64,000 nt of DNA, from NCBI RefSeq assembly GCF_009914755.1, contig NC_060932.1. One strand, 5' to 3'. Below the pieces are notes generated by a model. The model was given only the letters and a program-made list of their open reading frames with translations. It searched no databases and was not told the origin of the DNA. Source of the stretch: the human T2T-CHM13v2.0 reference genome, Homo sapiens. Each line of letters opens with the position of its first letter. Positions within the stretch are counted from its first letter, which is position 1. Positions 13,414-35,803 of the stretch are shown one piece after another. A program made the translations under genes and the position numbers.

Positions 13414-14749
13414 TAACTTCAATCTAATCAAAAGATATACTCAGATATAAGTTAGCTGTCCTGAAACCCTCCACAGGATTTTCAAAGGACTGCTAGTGTT
13501 CCATCTGAAGACGGAAAGACACATTCCCTGCAACATTTTCTGCACAGTGAGCTGCCCCAAACAAGCTGCCCTGTTGCAAATCACCTTTCAGTACAGCATA
13601 TTTTTTCTCAAACGCTGCATATTTATTAAGCACACCATTTTTCCTGCGTATGGAATTCTGTTCTCTCTCAATGTTAATCTTTAATGTACAAGCCATCTTA
13701 TGATTGGGTTTCAAAGTGAACCATATAATATATTCAATGAGGAACATTTTTCTTATTAAGACTAATTAACAGGTTCTCGATTCCCACAAATGCCTAGGTG
13801 CTTTACAGTGATTCTCTTTTCAATGACAATATTTAGCCAACCAAAATTTAACCCTTGAGAGTCCTTCATTACCACAGTCAATTAAGGAGTGAGTCACTGA
13901 TGTTACATCTCTGCTAAGAATAGTCTGCAGATGTGCTTTTAAGGAAAGAGGAATTTAAAAATAAATGTATTTGACAAGTTCCTGATCAGATGCCTATATT
14001 TACCTCAACCAAATTAGAATGGTGTTGCACAGAAGTTGAAGTTTATCCTGGAAAATTCCTAACATGTGTTCAGGTTTGACCTCAGAAGTCTTTTTCCATT
14101 ACTTCGGAAAAACATTTGGACTTCCTTGGGCCATGCTTTTTCTTATAACTCAAAGAGGACTTTTCTTCCTGTGGTCTTTTGGCCTCCAACCTCACAGACT
14201 GACAATTTATTGTGAAGTAAATGTCATCAGAAATAGCTCGGTGTCATGTCTCTGTGAAAGGAGAGCCTCGCTGGCACCAGGCACGGGATTCAGGGGCAAC
14301 CACCATGCAAATCATTTCTCTTCTTGGAGCCTCCACTTCCCCTTCTCAAAGCCAAAGTGTTGGACTTGATTATCTTTATGGACCTTTTGAGCTTCAAGAG
14401 TTGATTGATCCAAATATCACAGAGGGCTCGGTAGCTGGTTCCCTGAGCCCAAAGTCTCTACATTCTGAGGGGGGTCTCAGACACACATTGTATATGCACA
14501 GCATGTTTTGTTACTTCCATTGTTAGTTCTGCCCGATCGAGTTTTCTAAACAAGGAAATCTATGTTATAAAAGGTACGGGATTTGCCGTTCCTATTCAGA
14601 ATTCAACACAGAGATTGAATATGTGTTCTTCATAGTAAACTAATTTTTAAATGTTTTTGTTAAGGAAATAAGTTCTGCATAAAAGTATTAATAATCTCAT
14701 ATCCAAACTGAATCAAGAGATGACTTTAGCAAACTGCTTATTCAATTTT

Positions 14750-14898
14750 CTTTTATATCTTTTTTATTTTATTCTTTTTAATTTATTTTTATTTTTCACC
14801 ATGTTGGCAAGGCTGATCTCGAACTCCTGACCTCAAGTCATCTATGTTCCTTGGCCTCAAAATGCTGGGATTACAGGCATGAGCCACTGTGCCTGGCC
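14750..14898 (-). mobile_element. Alu left-arm fragment
   Basis: tttcaccatgttggcaaggctgatctcgaactcctgacctcaag...gagccactgtgcctggcc. Confidence 0.88.
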
Positions 14899-15874
14899 TC
14901 AATTTTCAATATTAAGGGAGGAGGTTTCTACCCCAAATCAGATTTAGAAGTTTACATGTGATTTTTGAATCAGGGTTAAGTAGAGATACAGCTGACAGTC
15001 TAGGGATTCTGACCTACTCTCAAGGGTTTACAACATGAGTCCAAGGCTTCCCTCACTCTAATTACGTTCCTAGCTACCTACATGGTCAGTGTTAGAGTCC
15101 TGTGGTTAAAAACCTCACCAGTTTCCCAAAAATCATATGGATCTGAGAATGTGAATGATATAAGGAGACGTAGCAAACACTCATTGAGTGCTCACTGTGT
15201 AAGCTGCACAATGCTAGTTACTCTACATACATAGTTTTATTTATTGGGAGGAAGTGTTGCATACTGGTATAGATATGGGCTCTGAAATCAGACTGTTCTT
15301 GTTTTGCATGTGGCTCACAGACTGGCAATGGTGATTTAGATATGTGAACAACAAGAATAAGAAATTTCTAAAAGGAAACATTGAGTGAGCTGCAAAAAGC
15401 AGAAAAAGCAGCAGTGTAAATAATCATGGCCATCTTTTAAAGAAACTAGGGAATTGGGTGAGACCCCAGCTACACCCCTTCAAGGGAGTTAGGGCCTGTG
15501 CAGGTCCTCCAAACAAACAAACAAAAAAAAAAAAGAAGAAGAAGAAGAAGAAAGAAAGTAGGAACAGGCAGAAACAAGATGAATAGATTAAAACTGAAAA
15601 GGTTCTGGAAGCAATCATGAAGGAAGACGTAACAGCCAGAGTCCCTGTAAGAGCAAGAGAGGGTGGCTTGAGAATGACTCAATGAGCAGGGCTCTAGGAA
15701 CACATTACCAGACAAAAAAAAAAGTTAACTAAGTCCCAATTCAATTCAAAGGGGAACACCTAGAGAAATGCACTGAAATAGCCTTGCATGCTCAGGGATA
15801 ATGACTCATAATAGGCTTCTTCCTGGCCTGAAGATTATGAAAATATGGAAATAAGAGATAAAACACAAAGAGAG

Positions 15875-16188
<314 letters not shown>

Positions 16189-16904
16189 TAAAAGAAGATG
16201 CCAAGAAATGAGACTGCCTAAGTCAATTTAAAGAAGAAATTGGTGATCTTCTATGCCTGACAATATGGCTTATTATATAAAGAAAGAAAACCCTCTGGTA
16301 TGAAAACTCATAAAATGTTATATAAAATATATCTTAAAATATTGAGACATAGCTGAGTTGGCAGGAATATAAGGACAAGAGAGGCTATAAACAACAGGAA
16401 AGCACTATCTGGAGCAACAAGTATGACGCTAGCTTTCACTTGGAGAGCATCTGTTCATTTCTATTGACAGAGAAACTGAGTTTTAATGAGCCCAAGTAAT
16501 GCAGGAGACCAATCTGAAATACCCACATAAAGCCAGAACCTCAAAGTGTGGGAAAACTAGGACGGGGGTGAGGGGTTGGAAATGAAGGAAACAGTCTTGC
16601 ATAGGGACCTTGCGTAATTCAGCCTAGACTCTGAGTACAGAAGTAAATAAGATTAAAATGTCTTTTGTGAGAATTTCCAACTACCTGCTCACTCTGACAT
16701 GGACATGTGTCTTAAGTTCACATTGCTTGTGTGACCTTAGAATCTTCAAGCTAAAAAAGTAATTGAATGTACCATGGGTTGATTTTTATCCCCAAGCACT
16801 CATCAGAAGCAAACAAATACTCTTTGAAAAATGCACATTAAATCCATGCCTCAAATAATGCCCACGTATAAAGTCCCAAAGAAGATGCGCTCCTTCCCAA
16901 TCAA

Positions 16905-16970
16905 AATTCTCTAAACAGGGAATTCTCTAAACAGGGAATTCTCTAAAGAGACAAAATTCTCTAAAGGGAA
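16905..16970. repeat. ~16-bp tandem repeat (aattctctaaacaggg) x4, degenerate
   Basis: aattctctaaacaggg aattctctaaacaggg aattctctaaagagacaa aattctctaaaggg. Confidence 0.85.
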
Positions 16971-18513
16971 CAGACCACCATGAGTGTGAGGCAGAAGACC
17001 TCAGCAACAGATTGGCAAAGTCAGCAGATACTGGATCTATTAGATTCAAATATAAAATAAGTATTTTAAATAAAGAAATGAAAGCATGGTGCAAGAATAA
17101 GAGGCAATCAGGTAGAGTAGGGACAAATACAATTTCTGAAAGCAAAACATTGAAAAACTAAAATAAAATTTGTATGTGTAGATTAAACAGCAGATTAGAT
17201 ATAGCCAAAGAAGTAATAGGTGAAGGGGAAGAGAAATCTGAAGAAATGCAGCACAGAGAGACAAAGACATATAAAATTATTTTTAATGTCAAAATACATA
17301 GATGATAGAGTAAAAAGGGTTAACATATATTTAATTGTACTTCCAGAAAAATAAAATAAAGGAAATTAGAGATAGGCTATATTTGAAGAGGTAACAGCTA
17401 AGAATTTTTTAGAGTTGATTAAAGATGTCTATCTTCATACTCAAGAAGCCTAATTAATCTTAACAAGAATAAATCAAGTTAATCCTTAAGTAGACATAGT
17501 AGCGTGAAGCTGCAGGACGCCAAAAAACCAAAGATAAATAGAGGAATATAGGGAGCTGTAGGATGCAGAGAAGGATGAAGCCAGATTTTTACAAAGAAAT
17601 GAGTTTTGTTACTAACAGCTAGGCTCTCAAGAACAGAAATGGAAGTTAGATGATGTCAGAATAGTATCTTCAAAGTGTGGAGAAATTTTAAAAAACTATC
17701 AGCCTAGAAGTGTGTATCCAGAAAATAGTATGTTTTAGTTACAAGAGTGAAATATATTTTCATAAAACAGAACAGAAAATTTAATATTAACAGACCTTTA
17801 CTAAAGAAACATAAAATATGTTGAACTCCAAGTAGAATGATTCTATAAAAAAGGTAGAAGATGCAAGAAGGAATTCAGTGGGTGCAAGGATGAGAGAAGA
17901 TTACTGTGTAGGTAAATCTAAGCAAAGAGTAATGGTATTAAAACAATTTTAAAAAGTCTAATTTAGGGAGAGTTAGAATTTAAAATAGTTATAAATTCCT
18001 CCAAAAATAATAGCATATTAATCTGGACAGAATGATCAGACTTAAAAGGAGTTATGATGTGGGAATTATTTGGGAGGTGGGCAAATATTCTGATTTAGAC
18101 CTTAGGTTAAATATGCACATGAAGATTTCTAAGACAATCTCTAAAAGAATACAAATAGAGTGTATAACTTCCAAACTAGCAGCAAAAAAAATGGAATGAG
18201 GGATACATTAATCAATCAAAGGGATGACAAGAAGAGCAGAAAACAAGAGCCCAAAAGAGTGGGCAAATATAAAATGTAAATTATATAGTAGAGATAGATA
18301 TAAATATATTGAAAATAACAATGATTGTAAAGGAACTATAATCACAATTAAAACATGAGAGCAATTAGGCTCTTTCTACATCTACAATAACAATAATAAT
18401 GATCCTAAAACCTAAGGATTCAAAAAGATTAAAAGGTAAAAATATGATTAAAAAAGATAGCTGGTACAATTATTCAAGTATCAGGAATAAATAGAAGCTG
18501 TCAAATACAACAC

Positions 18514-18840
18514 AGCTAGTCACGGTGGCTCATGCCTGTAATCCCAATACTTTGCAGAGCAGTGGCAGGAAGATTGCTTGAGCCCAGAAGCTTGATCCCA
18601 AAAGCTTGATACCAGCCTGGACAACACAATGACACCTCATCTCTACAAAAAAAAAAAAAATGTTTAAAATTAGCCAGGCATGCTGATGCATGCCTGTATT
18701 CCTAGCTACTCTGGAAGCTGAGGTGGGAGGATCACTTAAGCTTGGGAGGTTGAGGATGCAGTGAACTGTGATTGGACTACTGCACTACAGCCTGGGTGAC
18801 AGGGTAAGACCATGTCTCAAGAAAAAAACATAAAAAATAA
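18514..18840 (+). mobile_element. AluJ-type
   Basis: cacggtggctcatgcctgtaatccc...ggaggatcacttaagcttgggagg; small internal duplication of aagcttgat. Confidence 0.92.
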
Positions 18841-19849
18841 AGTACAGCACATTGTCAGTGATAGAAGGTAATTACAATTAAAAATAAATAAATCACCAGG
18901 AAAATATAACAGTTCTAAACTTACAGGCATTTAATAATATACCAACAAAATATAAAAGGCAAAGATTTTCAGAAATATGAGGAGAAATTGACATATTTTA
19001 ACACAGCTCTCAGTAAATAATAGATTAGTAGATAAAAATGAGGAAGTATATAGAATATTTGAAAAATGCATTTTTTAAGCTTGATCTAACAATGGACATA
19101 TGGGGAACATTGCACTCGACTCCATAATACATGTTATTCTAGAGTAATGCATGGATCATTTATGACAACAGACCAAATTCTGGACCCTAAACCAAGTCTC
19201 AATATATTTCAGAGTTGGTTTCACACAGATACATTTCTTTGACTACAACATTCTGAAGTTATAAATTAATTAAAAAAATATAACTTAATAAGCGTTGGTC
19301 AGTTAAAAGGCATAATTCTCAACACAAACAGAAATCATGAATCGAAGTATAGAGCATAATGTAAATTGAAAAATAATTTGGATGAAATGCAATAAAAGCA
19401 TGATATATTATTACTTATGAGGTATAGCTAAAACAGTGTTTAGAAGAAAACAATAAGTTTAAAAATAATATATTGGAAAAAGAAGAAAGACTCAAAGTTA
19501 GTGAGTTTGGTATCAAATTAGGAAGTTAAAATAGAAAATAATAAGCCCAAAGAAAATAGAAAAAAATGAGATTATAATTATGAAAACAGAAATAAGTAAA
19601 ATGGAAAGACACAATACAAAAGATTAACAAAAATTTTTTTCTTTGAAAATAATAACAAATTGATCAATACCTAACAATGATGATCAAAAATTTAAGAGGA
19701 AAGCACAAATTTTAAAAAGAAATAAAAAGGGGCATTAATATATTTGCTGAAGAAAAGATATTACTAATAACTTTATGCCTAAAAATTTGAAAACTTGGTT
19801 GAATTGGACAAAGTTCTGGAAAAATATATATTATAAAAGCTGATTCAAA

Positions 19850-20545
19850 ATGAAATAGATACCACTTTATACTCAGTAGGATGGCTAAGACCAAAAAGAT
19901 AGACCCTAACAAGTGTTGAGAAGGATGTGAACACATTGGAACCATAAAATATCAATGCTGGGAGTGTCACCTGGTGCAGTTGTTTTGGAAAACAGTTTGA
20001 AACACAGTTCCTCAAAAAGCTAAACACAGAGGCACCACACGAGCCAGCAATCCCATTCCTAGATATACGCCCAAGAGATTTGAACACATACGTTTCAGAA
20101 AAATTTGTACATTAAAGTGCATTATTCATAACAGCCAAAAATAGAAAAAACCAAGCATCTGTGGATTGATGAGTGAATGAATCAAACATAGTATAGCCAT
20201 GCAACAAAATATTACTTAGCCTTAGAAAGGAATGAAGTACTGATAAATGCCACATGGATAAACCAGGAAACCATCATGCTAAGTGAAAGAAACCAGACAC
20301 AAAATATCAAACGTTATATGATTCCATTTATATGAATTGTCCAGAATAGGAAAATCCAAGACACAGAAGGTAGATTAGTGGTTGCAATGGGCTAGAGAGA
20401 AAGAGGCGTGGGGAGTGACTGCTAATAGAAATGTGGTTTTTTTTGCAGGGGGTGATGAAAATGTTCTGGAATTTGGACAACACTGAATTGTACACTTTAA
20501 ATAGGTGAATGTAATAGTATATAAAATATATCTCAATTAAAAAGG
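19850..20545 (+). mobile_element. L1MB-type 3' end nested in the older L1
   Basis: agataccactttatactcagtaggatggcta...catgctaagtgaaagaaaccagacacaaaa...tatctcaattaaaa. Confidence 0.8.
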
Positions 20546-21133
20546 GCAATGGAAAGCCTAAATGTTCCATAATCACAAGAACATTAATCACTACATTCAA
20601 ATCTTTCTAAAAAGACATCAGTCTCATTTGGTTTTACAAGTGAATTCTATAAACTTTAACAGACTTTTTATAGGTAAGAAAGTGAATACTACACAACTAA
20701 TTTATCATGCTAGTATAACACTGATATATAAAACAGCAAAGGAATTCTAAGAAATAAAAATTATAGGACATGTTTCCTATGAACATGGACACAGAAATTA
20801 TAAATAAGTATTAATAAACTGAATACTGCAATGTACAATAAGAGCCAAAGGCCAGTATCAGGTTAATACTTTTGAATATATATTACTATATAATATCCAC
20901 ATTAACAAATTAATGGAGGCACATCTCAATAGATGCAGAAAAACTTCTGATAAAATTCAACAACCATGAGTGATTTTTTTTTTTAATTCCACAGCAAAGG
21001 TCCTGTTCAATGATTGAGGTTGTTTAAAAAATCCTTAAGAGCAAGAGACATAGGGATTAGGAAGAAAGAAACAATACTGTTTGTTTGTAGATTTATAATC
21101 AGTTACATTAAAAAAAAAAAAAAAAAAACAGAA

Positions 21134-21451
21134 GGAGGGGAGCAGTGGCTCACACCTGTAAGCCCAGCACTTTGGGAGGCCGAGGCAGATGGATCATGAG
21201 GTCAGGAGATCGAAACCATCCTGGCCAACAAGGTGAAACCCCGTCTCTACTAAAATACAAAAAAGAGCCGGGCATGGTGGCCTGTGCCTGTAGTCCCAGC
21301 TACTCGGGAGACTGAGGCAAGGGAATCACTTGAATCCAGGAGGCGGAGGTTTCAGTGAGCTGAGATTGTGCCACTGCACTCTAGCCTGGTGACAGAGTAA
21401 AACTCCGTCTCAAAAAAAAAAAAAAAAAAGAAAAGAAAAAAAAAGAAAAAA
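21134..21451 (+). mobile_element. AluSc-like
   Basis: ggatcatgaggtcaggagatcgaaaccatcctggccaac; poly-A tail. Confidence 0.92.
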
Positions 21452-21458
21452 TCAAAAT

Positions 21459-21769
21459 GGGCCAGGCACAGGGGCTCACACCTGTAATTCCAACACTTTG
21501 AGAAGCCAAGGAGGGCAGATCACTTGAGCTCAGGAATTTGAGACCAGCTTGGCCAACATGGCAAAGCCCTGTCTCTACCAAAAATATGAAAATTAGCCAG
21601 GCATAATGGCACACACCTGTAGTACCAGCTACTCAGGAGGCTGAGGCACAAGAATCACTTGAACCTGGGAGGTGGAGGTTGCAGGGAGCTGAGATAGCAC
21701 CACTGTACTCCAGCCTGGGCAACAGAGCCAGACTGTCTCCAAAAACAAAAAACAAAACAAAACAAAAAA
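21459..21769 (+). mobile_element. Alu (AluSz/Jb-like), directly tandem to the preceding Alu
   Basis: ggccaggcacaggggctcacacctgtaatt...(caaaa)n tail. Confidence 0.92.
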
Positions 21770-22581
21770 GACTCCTGCCTCATAATACAAAACAAAAGTA
21801 ATTTCAGATGAATGAGGAAATAAAATATGAAAAGCAAAATGTTAAAACCATTAAGAGAAAGTATAGGAAGCGAACTCAGTATATGGATTAATCTCTCTTA
21901 AAATTACAGAAAATGAAAACCATACAGAGAGTTATTAATAAATTCAACTACATTAAAAATGAGTACTTTTTCTTTCATCAAAAGACTTCACAAAACAGGA
22001 AAGAGAAGTAGATAAACAGTAGATATTTCCAGGAAATATAATTGGCAAAGGATTAGTATCCAGAATATGTAAAGAACTTTTAATAATCAATTAAAAAGGT
22101 GAATGATTTGGGCATTTCACAGAAGAGGAAATACAAATTACTAATAAACTTTGCAAAAATGTGCTCCAGCATTTCAGCAATCATGGGAATATACATGAAA
22201 ATCATTTTCAGCAAGTTGAAAATTTAAAAGTTACACAATGCCAAGGGTTGGTTAGTATGAGTAGTGACAGGGACTCTTGCGTACTGCTAATGGGAATGTA
22301 TGTTACTTTATGTATTTTATGTACTATCACTTTAGAAAATAATTTGGCATCATCTATTAAAGTTTAATATACACAGCCCCAAAACTCAGCAATTCTATTT
22401 CTATGCATATGCACTAGAGAATTCTTACACACACATCACTATATAAATACAAGATGATTCATAGCAGCATTATCTATAATTATGTATGGCAAAACAACCT
22501 AGATGTCCATTGATTGTAAAAAGGAAAAATAAAAATTGTGATATAGTCATATCATGAAATCCTATACTGCCATGAAAATGA

Positions 22582-22927
<346 letters not shown>

Positions 22928-23920
22928 ACATGTGTGAATGTTTAAAACACAATGTTGGGTGGGAGAGGCAAATTACAGAAGGGCACTATACTTTGATTAT
23001 TTTATATGTATTTAATTTTATATAAAGTGACTATATGAATATGTCTGCCCCATTAATATGAGAGTTTTCCTGAACTAAGGAAAACTCGCAAAATATTTTC
23101 TCCCTAAGAGAAAAGGCCCTAGAAATCAGAGTTTAAAATTTCTGGCCTGAAATTATGTCTGCTAGGGTAAGTTTTTAGACCATGAACAGATAAAAGTGGT
23201 TTCTCAGAGCATGTGCTGTCTAGGGCGGGAGATTAGGGTGGGATCCTTCCCACTCAGCCTGCTGATTGGGCACTATTGCCCCTAGTCAAATCAGAAGATA
23301 CAATCTGTCCCTCCTCCGCCACACACAAAAAGCCTTTGAGAGAATGAGAAAAACAATTGTAAGAGTAACGGTTACCACAGTAAGAGTAGCAACAAGGTTA
23401 TTTCAGGCATTGTTATTCATGTACACAGGTGTTCAGTACGAAGCCTTGCTAAATAGGCTGCCATGCTGTCAGCAATGCCAGCTGCATAAGCCAAATCTCC
23501 TAACAGAAAAGGCCTCCGACTGCATACTTCTGAGAATCTTCCAAAGAAAAATCTCCTTGTGCTGTGTGAGCCATTTCTGTCTGAAGGGCTGATTGATGGA
23601 GTGAGCCAATGAGAGATTACTGTTCCCAACCTGTAGCCTGTGTGCTGCTGCACTTTGTCCTCCTGCCTCACTCCACTCCAATACTTAGCTCAGCCCCCAC
23701 CCTGAAACTATAGCGTTATTCCCAGGAAGGCAGAAAAAAATCTATGCTGAAAGTTCAACTCAACCATCACGTGGAGGTACCTGGCCCAGCGCAAACTAAC
23801 CTTGGAGCTTTTATCCACATGTTACAATGTGCATAACACGGGCTCAACCTCAGCAGGCACAGCCATTCTGCCAGGGTTTTGGCGCTGGGAGACGAATCAA
23901 AAACTTTAACTGACTGATTT

Positions 23921-24219
<299 letters not shown>

Positions 24220-26728
24220 TAACTGACCAATTTCAAGAGGGGATCAGTAGTAGTTCCATTGCGACCAGCTTGCCCAATAAAGTTTAGGGGACAGTGGCTT
24301 TATGTTTTCACCATCAGACAAATACCTACACAATGACAAGCAAAACCTTTGCCAGGCAGTATCTTCTGAAAGAGATTCCTGCAGTTATCCAAGGAAATAG
24401 CCACTTAGGTCAATGGACGTTTGCAGAGTGGAAGATAGTCTTCAAAGAGCAAACCCTTACAGAAAAGCAATAGTGCCTGCCCCAAATGTATGTTTATTGT
24501 CAAAAACCTCAATCCCTCTTTTTAGAAAAATTGGATAGGGAAAAATTCATTAACCCTAGAGAAGTAACTTAGTCCTATCTTTCACCCGATTTTTGTTTGA
24601 AATGATGGTATAGCCTACCTGATTGGGAAAAAAAAAAAAAAAAGCAGAGGTTAGGAGTGAGGAATGAAGCAACTAATAGTAAAAATACACAGATCTAGAT
24701 GGTGAACCAGTGATCTGGACAGGACCTTTATGATCTGCCAGCCAAGAAACCATCAAAGCTAACTGTAGGAATGTGCTGATAATTAAAAGGTAGGTGAGCA
24801 CAAAAGAATATTAGAAACCATTCTATGTGGCAAGACTGAAAAGAGGATATGACTTCTTAATAAATTAGATAGAAAGTGAGAGCCAAATCCATGCATCATT
24901 CCAAAGTTGAGATCACAGAAGGTAGATGCACCCTAGGGCTCTTGGTAGATGGACACTACGGCTCCCCTGAGAGGGGAGAAAGGGAAGATAACACACACAG
25001 ACTAGCTTTTCAAAAAGGTTGGCTAAGAAAGAAAGGAAAGACCCCACATAATAACAGGGGTGGAAGTAAAGTTTCCATTCAACAAGTGTTTTGATTCTTT
25101 TACACTGTTTTGTACAGCTATGTTAGTGTCACTATCTACTATTATCATTATTCTTTCATTAAGAGTTTGTGGAGTACCATGAAATGATATCTGTCCACTA
25201 CTGTATAATAGACAGCCCTGTAGTCCTCCCTTCACAGAAAAGAAACCGCTAATCACCAGCAGTTCTGTTAAAGATTGCAATAAAATTCAGGCAAGACATT
25301 TTTTCTTGAGAACTTCATTTTTAGAGTACTGTATTTTCTAACCTGTAGAATTTTAAGGGACAGCCCATAAATTCCTTTTCTTTCTAGCTGAAGAATTAGA
25401 AGTCTGAGACTGGGGAATTTGAGACTTCTTTAAGTCAGTTTTGATGCTTGGTTTATTAAACCATTCGTTTTAAAGGAACGTAACATTAACCTCTCACAGT
25501 AAATTGTGTCTGTCAAATACTTTGATATGATGTCAGTTGGCGAGTGAATGACACTGAGCCCCCACCCTCACTCCTGAGATTGAGTCAGCCCCAGTTACAA
25601 AGCTTGCTGGCAAGCAAACTGCCTGTCAAGTTTGCTAAAAAGAACAGCAAAAGTGGGAACAGCCAAGCTTGTACAATTTTGCAGTTTCTTTCTTTCTTTG
25701 GTATATTTTTAGGTTGCCAGGAATCGATTTCCTCTTCTATGCTTTATAAGTTTCTATTCATAAGCCTGGCAATTTATTAAACTTCATTTTATTCATATAA
25801 AATAGTCACTGCTCTGGAAAAGAGTGACTCAATAAAGCGCTCTTCTTCCCATACACCTGGACTTCTAGCCAGAGAACAAGATGCGGTGTGCACAAGTACC
25901 AATCAATGAAATGAAAAACACTTTATGAAAAACAAAGCTTAGTCTTGAAAATCTGAACATTTATTTTACAAGTCGCTGATTGAAGGGATTTTTGCAATCA
26001 AAATGAATCGAGGCAAACCCATGCTACTGGATTTTGATTAATTAAGCCAAAATCTGCACATCTGCGTAATGTCTAGCTCATAAGTGAGATGGTTTTAATC
26101 AGTGAGGAAAATGTGGTTTGGGGAAGAGGCTGCAGGTGGAGTTTGCTAACTAGCACATTTTATTTATTTTTCTCTTAGTGGGTTTCTACTCTTTAGTAAG
26201 GTTATTATAATCCTTGGTTTTCTGGTTTCCTGCCCACTATTTATCTCTCCCACTAAAGATCTCCCACATGCCCTGCATAACAATAATCAACTAAAATGCA
26301 GTAGTCAACCTGGTAGGCTGAAGCTTTGCTTCATAGAACAGGGATGAAGCTAGAAACCACATTTTGTGCATTATGTCTATTCCTAGCTTCGTAAAGAACC
26401 ATGGTGAACCAGTCAAGACAGCCATGTATACAAATAAAGAAAACTATTACAAATAAAGAAAAATAAAGAGAGTGTTACTGGAAGGATAAGCAACTGCCTG
26501 TAGCTCTGTGATTGAGGCCTTACATATCTAAAAGAGCATTTTGCATTGAACTCTTCCAGTAGCCCTAAAATCCAATGTTATGACTTATTATATAAATAGT
26601 AAATGACTTGAACTTTTAGTCATGGTGGTATTAAGAGATTAGCAAATCCTCTCAGGTTAAAAAAAAAAAACATATAAAATTGTCGAAAATTGACCAAAGG
26701 TGATAACAAATTGAGATATTTATTCTAG

Positions 26729-32900
<6,172 letters not shown>

Positions 32901-33715
32901 TTCTTGAAAATGTTATAGAGCTTCAGGTAAAGGCAGCAGGAATCTGTGGCCCTCTTCGCAAAGACTACCTCCATCCTTCCTCCCCCTCAGTCAGTAAGAA
33001 CAGTAATTTTACCAACCTGAAGTTCAACACGGAATTCATAAACTTTGGTGCTAGAGGGGGCTGGCTCAATTGGGCAATAGGTCAAAATACTATAGCCTTC
33101 CTCGCTAAAAGTGGAAACTCAGTAGGAAACAAAAAAAGAAAGAAGACTTGTAGCTTTTCCAGCTCAAGTTTACAATCACAGTTACAAGTGGTAGACCAAT
33201 AAGAAATTGAATAGCGAGATCCTGGATATGATACAACCACAGTAGGATTAGATAAGATCACCACACATTTCTGGCCTGCAGATAACCAATGCATTTGTGC
33301 AGGTGAGACTCAAGAAAGCCAGGTGGGAAAGTAAGGCCATGGCAGACTTGAGAATGGGAGGACTCTGAGTGTGCTTCCTGACCCACACAAAGATCAGTCA
33401 TCAGGAGGTAGGAGCTTTATGGGTTCAAGGTGCTTGAGAAAAATCTGGCCAAATCTTGACTGATCTCTAAGTTATGCAGACAAAGGGACAACCTCAATAG
33501 CTACATGTCATGGGGAAGAAAGATTATACAGTTTAAATCTATGGAAATTACTTAATCAACAACAACATCCTCAGAAAAATTAGTCAGAATTCAGAGTTGC
33601 CATAATATATTATCTAAAATTTCCATTTTGGGGCAAAACAATTACTAAGCATGCAAATAATTAGGAAAGTGTGATCCATACTCAGGAAAAAAAGGAATCA
33701 ATAGAGATTGACTCA

Positions 33716-34110
<395 letters not shown>

Positions 34111-34706
34111 CTATGATTCCATAAATAATCTTTAGAGAGAAATAGAACCCAAATATTGGAAGTGAAAAAGAACCAAATAGAAATTCCAGAGTTGAAAAGT
34201 ATTTTCAATATGAAGATTTTGCTTGTTATATCAACAGCAAATTTGAGATGAGGGGAGAAAGAAGCAGTAAACTGAAATATAGTTCAGTAGAAATATCTCA
34301 ATCTGAAAAGTACAGACAATTTTTTTTGAATAAACATAGCATCAAAGGCATGTAGGGCAATGTTAAGCCTACCAACATATGTGAAATAAGGGTCTCAGAA
34401 GTAAAAAAGGGAAGGGAAGGGGAAAATAATTTATGTGAAAAAATAATAGATAAAATCCTCCAAAATTTGATGAAAGGCTGTCTACAAATATTAAAAGCTC
34501 CACAAACCTCAAATAGGATAAACATATCAGAATTCACACCTAGACACATCATAATCAATGACTGAAATAGAAATACAAAGAGAAAATCTTGAAAAAAGAG
34601 AAAAAAATGACTCATCAGATATGGAAAAAAATATGATTAATAGCTGACTTATCATTATAAACAGTGAAGACCAGGAAGCAGTAAAATGACATATTCAAGT
34701 GCTGAA

Positions 34707-35027
34707 TTTTTTTTCCTTTTCTTTTCTTTTTTTTTTTTTTTTTTTTGAGACTGAGTCTTGCTCTGTCACCCAGACTGGAGTGCAGTGGCACGATCTCTGC
34801 TCATTGCAAGTTCTGCCTCGCAGGTTCACGCCATTCTCCTGCCTCAGCCTCCTGAATAGCTGGGACTACAGGCGCCCACCACCACGCCCAGCTAATTTTT
34901 TGTATTTTTAGTAGAGATGGGGTTTCACCATGTTAGGCAGGATGGTCTCAATCTCCTGACCTTGTGATCTGCCCGCTTTGGCCTCCCAAAGTGCTGGGAT
35001 TATAGGCGTGAGCCACCGTGCCCGGCT
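34707..35027 (-). mobile_element. AluY
   Basis: ggttcacgccattctcc and ggatggtctcaatctcc; flanks tgctgaat/tgctgaat. Confidence 0.93.
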
Positions 35028-35803
35028 TTGCTGAATATTTTTAACTGTCAACCAAGAATTCTGTGTCCATCAAAACTATTCCCCAAAAAATAAAAGCAAA
35101 ATAAACACATTTCCAAGTAAATGAAAACTGAGAAAATGCATTACTAGAAGATTTGACCTAGAAGCAGCACTAAAGGAAGAACTTTAGGCTTAACAAAATA
35201 TTCCCAGTAGCTTAGGCTTAATAAAACATTCCCAGACAGAAACTAAAGTTCACGGGGAGAAATGAAGAGCACTGGAAGTGATAAAATGTAGGTAGATTGA
35301 AAGACCCCCTTTTCCACTTACTTTCCTTTTGAAAATAGACATTTTAAACAATTATTATAAAACTTTATTGTTAAAGTTTTACATATTCATACACACACAG
35401 TTAGGTTTATGGATGTGTGTGTGTATTTATTTATGACGGTAATAATCAAAAAAGAGGAAAGAAATGGAATTATATTAAAGTTGCTGTATTTTACTGGAAT
35501 TATGTTAGCATTAACCTGAGGTAGAACTACACACAAAAAAACCATAAAACGTTACTGTGAGAAATTTAAAGATCTAAATGAAAGGAGATATACCATGCTC
35601 ACTGATTGAAAAACATTATTGTTAATATGACAGTCCTCCCCAGATTGATCTACAGCTGAAACTCAATCCATACGAAAATTCCAGGAGTATTTTTTCATAG
35701 ACATAGACAAGCCAATCCAAAAAAAAATTATTTGGCAATGCAAAATACTTAGAATAGCCTAAACAGTTTTGAATAAGAAATACAAATTTGGTAAATGTAT
35801 ATT

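Noticed and set aside
16905-16970. CRISPR-like short repeats (also 6640-6690)
   Set aside because: Simple tandem duplications with no unique spacers, in mammalian L1-derived DNA.
23220-23680. GC box and CCAAT motif suggesting a promoter
   Set aside because: The motifs are ~380 bp apart, with no CpG island and no downstream exon evidence.
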